Position numbers and translations under genes: made by a program. A stretch of 62,319 bases of DNA, filler included, from Choristocarpus tenellus KU-1152 (lineage: Eukaryota; Protista; Phaeophyceae), in assembly GCA_964200185.2 (NCBI GenBank). It is 10 parts of 10 records of this genome, joined end to end, with 100 filler letters (N's around TTAATTAATTAA, not from the genome) between each part and the next. Parts side by side here need not be neighbours in the genome. Positions count along the whole stretch, not along the records: positions 1 to 8,493 come from CAXNAD020004651.1; positions 8,594 to 11,190 come from CAXNAD020026412.1; positions 11,291 to 13,993 come from CAXNAD020025486.1; 7 more parts are not named here. One strand, 5' to 3'. This document shows positions 1-11,358 of the stretch, one piece after another. Under the pieces are notes generated by a model. The model ran no database searches and had not been told where the DNA came from. It saw only the letters and a program-made list of their open reading frames with translations. Positions within the stretch are counted from its first letter, which is position 1; the number at the start of each line of letters is the position of its first letter.

Positions 1-151
1 CCTTGTTCTAGACACAGCTTTTGATAACGTACGCATTTTACCTAATCCAAACTATTTTGGAGTAGGAAAATGTCATAAAAAAAAACGAGGGAAGCCAAGC
101 CCCAAATGGACAAACAGGGCAAAACGCGTACCCTCTAAGATACTTTCAATC
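1..151 (-). mobile_element. MITE family A, copy truncated by window start
   Basis: Ends in TACCCTCTAAGATACTTTCAATC (family TIR); carries the central CCTAATCCAAAACTATTTTGGAGTAGG palindrome and CCCCAAATGGAC inner motif shared with six other copies. Confidence 0.9.
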
Positions 152-2846
152 TGTTACATATTGTTATGTTTTGTTCTTTATCTCATCGACCAGTGTTTCC
201 TATTATGTAACTTTTTAATATCCTTGGCAACGTTCGTTTTCAGATATTTGGAACAATCAACTTGTAGTCCCGTCCCTACCTTAGAAACAAAAAGGTTGGT
301 AATTCTGGCAAAGAGTCGCTCAGCACCTCAGTCGAAACCTTGGAATATACAAATTGAGGTTCGTCTTCACCATATGGAGGATCAGATTCTTGTAATACAC
401 CGGACTCTGTATGGGGATATGCTGTTTACAAGGTACAGAAGGTCAATTATTTGATCAACAGTTCAATTTGGAGATAATCTAATCCTGCACGACAGCAGCA
501 GTCCTAAACACAGCAATATATATATATGAGCCAGATGAAATATGGTTACAAGAAAACCGTCCTCCAGACCTTTAATACTGGTTTGCGATGAACATCTATA
601 CTAAGCTGAGCAAGCGAGCGGGTGGGGTTTTCAGGCAGGTCGGAATACAGACAACGAATACGGCAGCCAGACGAAGCTGTTTAGAAGGGCCTGACCAACA
701 ACTAGGAATACCTCAGAGACGATATATTACTCTAATATTGATATAATTTTTTCATTATTAAAATGCAACGTAAAAACTCTCTCTTAAGAATAGGAGTATT
801 CAGTTCTGTGACATGCTCCAGGCAGACCAATAATGCTAGAGTATGCTTGGCTTAAACAGATGTTAAAATGTTTAGCAGGCCTATTAATAACATACCAGGA
901 GGTTCACCGATTGCGAGTGTCTAGGAGTTGATGTATTCCATTTGGCTACATTGCAGTAATATGACAGTTCTACACTTAGGATTAGTGTATCTCAAAATAT
1001 CAACCGATCCTTATGTTTGCTTGAAGCTAGGAACCCTCCCAGTATCCTTCGCTAGTTTTGCCCCACCCAGGAACAAGAACATGTTGGTAAGTGCGCTAAC
1101 AATGTATTGATATGAAGGCATACATAGACAATACTTTGTATACTGTACAATAATGGTACGTATTATCTGGTGTTTCATCGTATGTTGAAATAGAGAAATG
1201 TCGAAAGAAAGTCAGACAGGTCAAAATGTCTTTTGGTGTAGTTGCCCTCAAGTGACCAGGTCAGGCCCACCCTTCTGGGTTTAAAGGATCGCCTCTGTAA
1301 TACTATTGCTGATAGTTTGTGGTGCAAGGTCATACCGTTTAGTTGACATTTTACAAGAGGTCATATTAATATTTATTGTTGAAGAGGAGGGTGAAGGTAT
1401 GATAGACCCTAAATGGCTAAGGTGATATTCTCAAGGGGAAAGCGGTGGCTTAGACCTGCACACGATTTGTTAGAATTTGCGATGTGAAGTGCAGATGACA
1501 CACGTGTGGGTATTTAAAAAAAAATCTTCTACGTAGAATATAGTAATAATTCTAAACTAGTAAAGGAGGAATTATGTTACCATGAGCATCAGTTGAGATC
1601 ATGAGTAGTTCTTAGTGCGACATACCTCCTTCTTAACATGTACACAAGTATTATGATGTATATGTGTTCAAGTTACAACAGGGAAAGTTTATGAAGTAAT
1701 CTGAATTTTGTGGGCGGAAGAATTCTGGTTTGTTGGGGGAACAGGGGAAGGGAGGGGACAGGAAAGAAAAGTAATTAGCAAGAGGGTGAACGAAGAGTTA
1801 AATACTGAGTAGTTGAGAGAGGGAGTAGAGAAGTTAAAGAAAAGGGTGGTAGGTGGAGGCAGAAGGGATGAAGAAATTGCCAGTATTGAATTGGAAAGAA
1901 AATGTAGGACTGATGTGGCAGGACCAGGAGGGGTGATAGAATATGGGAAGGAAAAGGAAAAGGGGGGAATGCAAACATAGAATAAAATAATAATAATCCA
2001 GAATTCGTGAGCAAAACAAAAAATGATTAGTTGTATCAATATTTTTGGTGATGCTTCCATTGTTGTGTAGAAGGAATAAAATACTGTAACTTTTTTTGTT
2101 ATTTTTATATTGTTAATATATTAGTTGGGTAGGCGTGGTTTGGTATAGCTCGAATTATCAACTCATTTGAAGAATGGCACTGCCAAAGTGGTTCAATGAA
2201 ACTCTACCGATACTGGTTCCCACTTGAGACAAGCTCTCTTTACTGGATACTAATGTTGTCGACATTTTCCTTTGTTTGAATAATAGCTTTTGTCATCTTG
2301 AAATGATCAAGATAAGGACTAGGATGTATCAATATATGTCTACATGTGCTTCATGGGTGAGATATATGCTGATGCTTGATGAGCTCTAGCCATCTGACCA
2401 CCCCTGCTGGGAGAGGGCTTGTCAATACCAAAGTGGAATCGTTTCTAGTGAGCTGTCTTAGAGCTTTCTCGTTTTGCTTGCTTAGTTCCGGAGACATGCA
2501 TCTTTAGAGGTAGGACATGGCAAAGCACAATAAATGCTACTTGATTCTGCCTATTTGATGCTAAGCTGGCACTCATCGAGAGCCTAGGTTGTGATCATTA
2601 GGAACAAAATGTACCAGGTCGAGGACCTAGCTTTTCTAATATTCCTCAAAGAGCCTATTCAAGGCTGGGTGCGCATATGGATCGCACCTGGGAGCATGAA
2701 GAGGGTATGATCCATATCTTACAGAAGAAAATAAACTCCGGAGTATATGACAAGGTGACAGTAGGAGGCATTGAAGCGAATAACAATAGTATTCAACAAG
2801 CTTGCTACACCTCTTGAGGGATGAGACATAGCATCGAGATGCTTAC

Positions 2847-5800
2847 GTCTTGCTCAGAGCCCTCTCGATTCGTCTTAAAAGTGCCACCATGGCTTTCTCT
2901 TCTACCTCGTCTACCGCTCGGTCTTCAACATCTCCCAAACCTCCTTGGCGCTCCAGCTTATACCCTCTTCCTGAATGGACCAGCTTATCGGTAGAGTCTA
3001 GCAGAGGCAAGAAAGGGATCCCCTTTGACTTTTCTTTGTAAGAGAGAGGCACATGATGTTTTCTTGATCTACCATGGCCATGCTGCTCGAATGCCGGAGC
3101 AAGGCTCTGCCGTGCTTGCAATTGATTTTCCGATGGAACATCACGCTTTCTGCATCTTTTTTTGCCCGTATGTCTCCCATTGACCAGGCAACTATCTTGT
3201 CCCTTGCCAGCAATATTGCTCGCCTCTGGACCGGAGAAGAATTCATGCACACTATCACCAAGAGCGACGCAGGACGCCAAAGCCGGTAGCATACCCTTTT
3301 CACAGCCCTGCTGCAAGATATTTCTCCCTTTTCTAGCCCCGATACCTTTGGTCCTGGGCATACTGTTGAAATGCGTGCAGTTGAATCGCTTAATTTTGAG
3401 GGTACCACGGGAGGTTTGATCCAACCCCCGACCTGGCAATATTTTTGCTTTACCCACGGATTGGCTACTGCCAAAAATAGTACTTCTCTGCGATACTCGA
3501 TCCTCTGTGCTCGCCAAGAAGGCTTTAAGACCTGCTGTATTGTTGCCTTGCAAGGTAGACTGTCGAGATATCTCCACATCATGGGCTCTTTTTGATCTGC
3601 TACAATCACCACCACCAAGATAAGATATGTTGCCTGGTCTCCACTTGTGTGCCCGTCCTCCCACACCTGATGCACTTAACCTGTCATGACCTTTTGGGGT
3701 AGCCTCAGCAATACATTGTTGAGGATAGCCTGTTTTTGGTTGTGATGCAAGATCAACTTTCTCACCAGAGATTACACTGCCACAATGTTCACCATAGTCC
3801 CTCCAAATAGGTTCTGAGGAACTGAATGAGTCATGCTGACTTAACTCATCCAGGTACCACTGTGGTGAAAGCCTTGCTGACAGCAACAGACTATCATCCT
3901 CCATGACCCATAGTACATTCTTAGCTGCCACATCCTCTATCGTACCCTTTCCTTTGTCCCTAGCCACTGCATCCTCTACCACGCCCCTTCCTTTGTCCTT
4001 AGCCACTGCATCTTCTAACACAACCCTTCCTTGCACCACAATATCTCTCTCCTCACACAAGATGGGCATGCTCGGGAGACACTCTGGGGTCTTGCTTGAC
4101 TTGAGATTCCACTGTTGTGTAGGGACAGATGGCCTGGCGGGGTGTGTGGATAGCAAGGGTTGAATTTGCTTGTGCTGAACGTTGAGGACTCTTCCCAACT
4201 AAGAAACACAGTAAACTTGAAAAGTGTGAGGAGAAGCAAACTTAAGTATACTCCAGGAGTACATCATATCCCAATGCCACAACAACCTCGCAATGTATGG
4301 AGCTATGTACACTCTAGTATCCTGTATACACCATATTTTAATATTCAGTTCCTACTCTATTCACCAACGAGGTATGGCAAAGTAAGATTCATGAAGCCCC
4401 ACCCCCCACTCCCCCCACATACCCGGCTCTGAGGCCAAAGAGGGATTCAAAGACATCAGACAGACACCTGGAACTCGAGGTACACACAGTAATTACCATC
4501 AGCTGTATGACGTCCTAAAAAAGGTGTTGAAATTAGAGTGTGATTGTGTGATTGTGCAACACTAGAGCTTGGCATTATGCAAGTTTCGAGGTATCATGCA
4601 AGGTGTGTACACAAGTTGCTTATGTCTTGGATACAAGCACCCAATTATGTACTTCTATGTACTTGGTCCAGGCTCCTCTGGACCAAAGTAAATGAGGGGC
4701 ACCTAGGTTGCATTTTTAGGATGCCGACAGATGTGTGCAGAAATTGGCTTTCTTTGAATGCATATTGGAAATTTTCGGACTTTTGTGAGGATTTTTTTTC
4801 AAACAATAGAGACATCAATGCTCTCTAGTTGATCTTGACACTTCATGCATATAAATATGGGTGAGTTGTAATGTATTGGAGAAAACTGCCTTGAAGTGCA
4901 AAATGGGCCAAGACTTCTAGGATTACCCAGTTTGATGCCCGTTTTGTGGGTGACTTTCCTTTAAATTTGGTCCAGGCAGGGAGATGGAAACGGAAGGTGA
5001 ATCTAGGTGAAGGAATTTTCCCTTACGTCTGACAAGTTTGTTCAAATGACATCAAGAATTACTACAAGGGCCTCTGAATGGACGCCTGCTCTCCCCACTA
5101 GGATGCTATGGGCCGCTAGTGCCTGCTTTGAATTTCCAGAGATATATCGAAAGTGCCTTGGTCAACTAAGTAGAAACGGAGTTTGAACTTTCATGTTTGA
5201 GATGGAAATGGGGTTCCACCTACGGTAAACGACAGGATAATGTATTAAACTATATAAAATCTTGTACTCTCTGACTTGAATTGTTGTGATCAGTACTTTG
5301 GTGTAGTTACAACAAATTTGCTGCTGGCTGCAGTACAAAATCATATTTGAGAACTTGAGGTCTGGAATCTTTGTGAATAGAGCTGAGTGACAGCAACGTT
5401 TCCGCTCTGTATCAAGTATTGTCAATACCAACAAATACTAACAATGATATCAATAGGATTGAAGAAGTGAGGAATGGATCTGAGAAGTTACATGCACCAT
5501 ACCGGCTTAGAGTGTATCTAGGCAATCCCATTGGTGCAGATGTTGCTTGTTATTTATATCCTCAACCCCTCAAACTTTCTACTGAGTAAAAAGTATCCTA
5601 GAGGGTACTAATTTTTCCCTGTTTGTCCATTTGGGGCTTGGTTCCCTCGGGGGTTTTCTTGACATTTTCTTGTCCAAAATATTTCGGAGTAGGTAAAATG
5701 TATACGTTATGAAAAAGTGTGTCCTGAACAAGGATATTGACACTTCGTAACAAACACAAAAACCAAAACTACATCAAAATCGCAACATTGGATTTTGGCC

Positions 5801-8236
5801 CCCAAGTGGACGTGGCTCTACCCTCTAAGATACTTTGGCTCACTAACAAATAGTACTATTCCCATTGCGTACTACCCTGATAGGAAGTTAGATATTATTG
5901 TATAATACGAACAATGTTGGTATTAGGGTTAGAGTTACTTGCACTTTTTATCAGTATATCTAAAGGGAGTGTAGGCACGCACAAACATAGCTGAAGAAAA
6001 AAAGGTTGACTATAGCACTCTATCCAACAACCAATGATTGATCGCCAACCACAACACCTGCTGCACAAAATCGAAAAACTGGTTGTGCAGTCCCCCCCTC
6101 CCACCCCACTGTCGCTGTCCCCTAGTTCCTCACCTTTCTGTGACAATAACTCTGGAAGGCTTATTTGGCCGCGTGGAGGGTCCCAGTGGGAGAGGCATGG
6201 ACGAGTGTTTTAGAAACCTCACCATGTGCATGGCTGACTGGTGAGTCATGAGACTGATCTCTGGCACAGTGACCACCAGGCATTCTAACACAGCTGACTC
6301 GCAGCTCACCGGGACTAGCAGTGTTCTAGGTGGTGGTGGCTTGTTTGGTAGGGGGTACCCTTGTGCTAGGGTACACAACTTTAAGGCAGAGGGGGCGGAT
6401 ACAATGTTTTTTAGTGCTTGGTCGACATTGATGAAATAGAACAAACTTGTCAACTTTTGGTGCAAACTCCTACTATCAATATTGCAAAGCTGGTGCCAGA
6501 TAATTACCATAAGGAGAACCAGCACTACCTAGAGGAACAGCCCTGGTTGTGGTGCTTTGCCCGACCAGGGGGGCTTGCACAGTGCCTAGCCCCATTCCTC
6601 TTTTCTTGACACCACAGGAAGGTGTGCATTGCATCCTCCTATTAGGCAGAGCTAGACTAGGCCAACAGTTGGTATTGAAGGCATAGATTGCTTATCTAAC
6701 CTCATGGGTTTAGAGTCAGATATTGATGCTCTACAACACTGCTTGAATAGCAAGTTGGCAGCATAATGCCAAGTGCTAGATATAATGAAGACAATAATAA
6801 CAAACAGATCTGGGTGCCTGCTACTGTGCAGTGTATGTGTATACAATAGGACCGTCACGACACATGACCCTTCAATCAATAGTACCAACATACGGCATGT
6901 TTGATCTTGCGATTCCTCACCAGATGTTGGGTACTATGGTATTCTAAGCTTTAGTGTTGAATCCCTCAATCCTTACTTTGGGAGAGTTTGTAGGGTTGAA
7001 GAGGGTTGTATAAATTCTTCCTTCACCACACAAGGGTACAGGATATGGCCACAACGTTAATGTTCATACTTGAACCATTGACCACAACTTTTCATTCCCA
7101 CAAGTATTTCCACCTGATATCCTCTGGATAACTGTTTTTATTGCTAGAGGGGGCCCAGGGGTCCCTTGCAGTAATAACAGTAGCAATAGGAATAATGTTG
7201 AGTCAAACTAAATGGGATTTACCCAGAGTTGAAGTTTAAGGATAAAGACGAACATGGGCAAAATTTGACTTTTTTTTACAAATCCGAGTAGGATATTTTC
7301 TGAATATTGTCAATAATTTTGGCCCATAGTATCCTGCAGGGGAGGTCGGGCGTCCATTCAGGGCCTGTGTGAACCTGTAGCTATTCTCTGTCATGTGAGT
7401 GAATGTGTTAGGTGTAAGGGCTGTTTACTTCTTTTGAACCTATCTTCCTTTTCAACCTCCTTGCCTGAACCAAATCTGAAGGAAACTCACCCGCAAAATA
7501 GGGATCAACTGGGGCATCTTATAACACCCAATCAAGCCCAAGATGTACAACCCGGGCTAAACACAAACCCCCTCCAAGATACTATAGGCCTTTCAAACAA
7601 TAGAGAAATCAATGCCCTCAAGTCGAACTGAGAACTCCATCCATAGAAATAATGGTGAATTGAAAAAAAATGGAAAAAGAGACATAAAGTGCAAAAAAAA
7701 AAGACCAAATACTGGGTACCTCTCGTTTACTTTGGTTTCATCGATAAGATTAATAGAGGGTAGAGAATGTGTCTCGAAAAACAACACTTGCATCAATAGG
7801 GTATCATTTTAGACAGCCGCTTAGCCACTAAGTTGCTCAGTGTGTTGAGGTAACTTGGTGCCTTGTTCCTGCAACCCCCCTTACACCTTCAGTACTTGGC
7901 CCGATTCCATAGCCCTGCACTGTCTCTATCATGGTACATACAAATAGAAGGGTGTGCCAAAATGATATTTAACATGAAGATGAAAATGTAGTTCTCCTCA
8001 CCTCTTGGATCATGCAGTGCTCCAGGTTAGGAGGTTGACAAATTTTGAAGCAGTTGCAAATTGCTTGGCCTTGACCATCATTAATCTTCTCCTGGTTCTC
8101 TGGGGTTCTGATCCACTTTGGTCTCGAAACCACCTGCCGGTGGGGTCTGTATGGGGGCCTCTGGTAGCCAACCGTGATGCACCCTTGGCAATGGTCTGCT
8201 GTGACCAGCAGAGGGAACAATCCCCTTGGAACCTCC
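2847..8236 (-). CDS. Multi-exon hypothetical protein (fragment) with a 1.35-kb exon
   Basis: Open frame 4198-2847 is bounded by a TTAG acceptor and a GTAAGC donor. Candidate upstream exons ~8236-8002, ~6604-6508 and 6416-6134 have GT-AG boundaries. The phase of the 6134-to-4198 join does not close, so an exon is missing or a boundary is wrong. No recognisable domain. Confidence 0.45.
3920..4035 (-). repeat. In-frame 39-bp tandem repeat (13 aa, VVEDAVAKDKGRG-like, ~3 copies)
   Basis: Translation reads VLEDAVAKDKGRG VVEDAVARDKGKG TIEDVAAK. Confidence 0.8.
4680..5163. mobile_element. Old, longer variant of MITE family C
   Basis: Starts GGACCAAAGTAAATGAGGGG (family C TIR-like); shares AACAATAGAGACATCAATGC with ~7597 and ~26245; 4920-5115 is the reverse complement of 7321-7520. 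Confidence 0.55.
5584..5841 (+). mobile_element. MITE family A
   Basis: TIRs GAGTAAAAAGTATCCTAGAGGGTA / TACCCTCTAAGATACTTTGGCTC; 3-bp TSD ACT on both sides. Confidence 0.92.
7200..7739. mobile_element. Old ~540-bp variant of MITE family C
   Basis: Left GAGTCAAACTAAATGGGATTTACCCAG; right CTGGGTACCTCTCGTTTACTTTGGTTTC matches the right TIR of the 26117-26373 element; no TSD retained. Confidence 0.6.
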
Positions 8237-8473
8237 TGATGATATCAAAACCAACAAATTGCTTGTTGCGTATTAGATGTTGCTGCTTATGTAATATGTT
8301 TTGCAATAATATGCCTCTCTCAGTTCACCACCAGTGGCATTTTCGAAGATGATCCATTTTATTGCTCGGACACTGCGCTACTGCCTCATCAAACTCAAAA
8401 AGCGCAGAAACATGGCTGATGCAACGTTAACTCTAACCCTAAGCCCTCAGTACGGAAACTAGGGGTGGTGACT

Positions 8474-8493
8474 GACCCAAAGTATCTGGGGGG
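8474..8493. mobile_element. MITE family B terminus, running into gap
   Basis: GACCCAAAGTATCTGGGGGG matches the termini at 36740, 40467 and 53896. Confidence 0.55.
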
Positions 8494-8593
8494 NNNNNNN
8501 NNNNNNNNNNNNNNNNNNNNNNNNNNNNNNNNNNNNNTTAATTAATTAANNNNNNNNNNNNNNNNNNNNNNNNNNNNNNNNNNNNNNNNNNNN
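8494..8593. other. Artificial contig spacer N44-TTAATTAATTAA-N44 (also 11191, 13994, 17276, 36622, 40169, 46870, 50200, 53776)
   Basis: Nine identical 100-nt spacers; TTAATTAATTAA gives stop codons in all six frames. Confidence 0.97.
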
Positions 8594-8649
8594 CCCCCCC
8601 CCCCCCCCCCCCCCGGTTGGAACCCCCCCAAATGTTGCCCATTTCACAC

Positions 8650-11021
8650 CTTACGAATATCCCCGATCATGTTCACACGTCCATCAGCTGCTCCCTGCAA
8701 AAGAAGAGTCACGTGCACATCATGAACAATTGGGATTTCCAAAAGTAGAGGGATCGTTCATGGATAGAGGGATCCAACTACACGCCAAGGGTACAGGGTA
8801 TTGTGAGCATTGAGATGGAAGGAGTTGTTCATGGTGTGAAAAAGATAATAATACTTCCAAACACAAGAGGTTTAATTTCAAATGAGCAAGCGATGCTTAC
8901 CTCAGAGAGCCATATTCCTATTGTATTAGAGAGGTACAAAGCGATACGAAATACACAACCACTGACTGGAGCAATTAGGGGCCTCCCCTCCCCCCCTCCC
9001 CCTTCCCTCAAAAACATACTCACACAGCATCCACATCTCTAAAAAAAGTAAAGACCAACAGGCCTATCAATCGATATTAAACATTCACTAAACCGCGGGT
9101 AGAGTCAAGCATAAGTGTGCCATTAAGAGTTAGGACTCAAGTTACACCAAAGCGACCATGGGTAGGGTACATGATACCCGAGTAGACCAAACAACTTAAC
9201 CCTAACCCTAAGAATTCCCAAGGCAACTCGGTCTTTTAAGGCCGTTGTCATACATAAATGCATACAAATCACAGAACCGACACATCTTATTGTTGTCTTC
9301 TGTTCACAGCCGCCAAGAATGTTCCTGGAAAATTCATCGCCTCCGTGAATCCAGACCCCCCAGAGCAGGCGCTTTTTGTAATCTACCCTCGCAGCTTAGT
9401 ACAACATAGAATAATCTTCAATGAAGCGAAACACCGCACCAGAATAATAAAATAATAATAATTATTATTACTATGGAGGGATCGGTTGGCAGTTTCACAT
9501 CGTGCCAAGAAAAGCCCTCGAAACTAGAACTGCTGTATCACATCATCCCACCATCCCACCATCAAGAATATTCTTCTTGGGTAGCTTGTGCCACATAAAT
9601 TCACCAATATTAAAAGTAATCCTGAGAGAGTGAACCACACAAGTGTGGGAGGCGGTAAGGGACGAGAAAAGGGAGAGGTGTGTGCTATCTGTTCCTTGAG
9701 ATCAACCTGCTGGATCGGACAACCGTGAGCCCGCTTAAAGTGCTTCATTAAAAAAAAAAAATCACCGACCAAGCCCCCCCTCCCCCCCCAAAAACAAACC
9801 AAAAACATCCCAAAAAAGGTGACTAGATGTTTCAAGTGGTGTGTACCGTTTCAACTACTAAAGGGAGAAAAAGAACAAAAAAAAATGTGGAACACTGGTT
9901 TGTTAAGAGTCATTCCATGTGTTGCTATTGTGGTTGTGCAATTTTTGTACAGTTTGGTTAAATTTAACAAAATATGACGGGGCAGATTAGGGCGTGGATG
10001 GATGTTCACCCACCTGGTGTGATTAGGGCTATAGGCTTAGGGCTAGGTTAGGGTTATGGATACAAAGTTGATATCAGGGTCAGGGATGTTGCATTGGCAT
10101 GGGCACGGGGCTGTATTTGACTCTATCATTACAGTCCAGTGTCCTACTAAAACAAGGATCTCGTTCCACTGCACCCTCCCCTGGAAAGTAAGAAGAGACT
10201 TTAGGCAAAGCAACACCAACCCTTCCTCAGGAAACTTAACACAACAGATAGCGCTGAAAGGGACCACCAGCACACACTTGGTACCTTTTAGAGTAAAGCA
10301 CATTTAGTGGACCCCTTTGACTGACCACAACAGAATAGCCCTTACCTAATACTAACCCTTCTAACACCTTGACAGGTGGGATTCAAACTAGCTCAGACTT
10401 TCAACACGAAAAAATCCACCATCGCTTTCCACCATACTCTCAAACACCAAGCCCCCTTCTATACCAGATGAAGCAACTTGATGCAACTTCTCTTGTTTTC
10501 AACCCCCCCCCCAAAAAAATAAATATATATATATATATATATAAATATATATCCATCTATCTGAAGGTCTTGGACTGCAGGAATCAAGTCATCAAACAAA
10601 CCTTGGATGGTTTTCAAGGCACAGTAGTAGTATTACATACTTACCAAAAAACACAGCCGTCTGCAGCATCGTCCCTGATTTGATTCATCTCTCAACATAG
10701 TCCAAAATAAAAAAAATATGTATAAAAAAAAGTAAGAAAAAAACATAAACACAGAAACGCCTCCGCGACCAATTTGTGTCATATCTCAACACAGAGCACT
10801 AAAAAAAAAGAAACAACCAAAAAAGGTGAGAAACAAAAGCATAAACAAGGAAACACCTCCACGAAACTCTAGAGCTAACCTTGAAAGAGGCAGCAGTGAC
10901 AGTCAGGCTTGCTCTCGAGTCTGCCATGAGGTCCCCCGTGTGACTGCTCATGGAGCTGAAGGCAAACAAAGGGCGACCCAACTCATCCAACCCAAACCCC
11001 ACAACAGACCCTCCTGGGTAT
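8650..11021 (-). CDS. FMN-binding split-barrel / pyridoxamine-5'-phosphate-oxidase-like (HugZ/HOZ-type) protein, internal exons
   Basis: Exon 11021-10880 YPGGSVVGFGLDELGRPLFAFSSMSSHTGDLMADSRASLTVTAASFK joins in phase 0 to exon 8694-8650 GAADGRVNMIGDIRK. This matches the GYP.GS.V.F..D..G.P....S.L..HT..L....SL.V / R.T..GD pattern of HugZ/CREG-like proteins. Confidence 0.8.
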
Positions 11022-11358
11022 CTTCAGTACCTCCCATTCAGATCGCATTCCCACCAAGAGCATTTTTTAAAGAAGTCACCAAGGCAAAAAAAAACAAAAG
11101 TGAAAGTTTGAGGGGGGGGGGGGGGGGGGGGAAAAAAAAAAAAAAAAAAATATATTTTTTGTATAATTTTTTAATATAAAACACCACCACNNNNNNNNNN
11201 NNNNNNNNNNNNNNNNNNNNNNNNNNNNNNNNNNTTAATTAATTAANNNNNNNNNNNNNNNNNNNNNNNNNNNNNNNNNNNNNNNNNNNNATGTCCAACC
11301 AGGACTGAGAACACTGCACTACACGACCTTCGCCCTCTCGACCCTACGGTACCCTTAG

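Noticed and set aside
150-2050. LINE RT relic (TLLFNN...YDLL near 1350-1400, minus strand)
   Set aside because: Only one weak motif; not supportable without a profile search.
10645-10674. Possible duplicated exon (DAADGCV versus GAADGRV) with a GTAAGT donor
   Set aside because: The similar frame is out of phase with the available acceptor and the match is too short to support.
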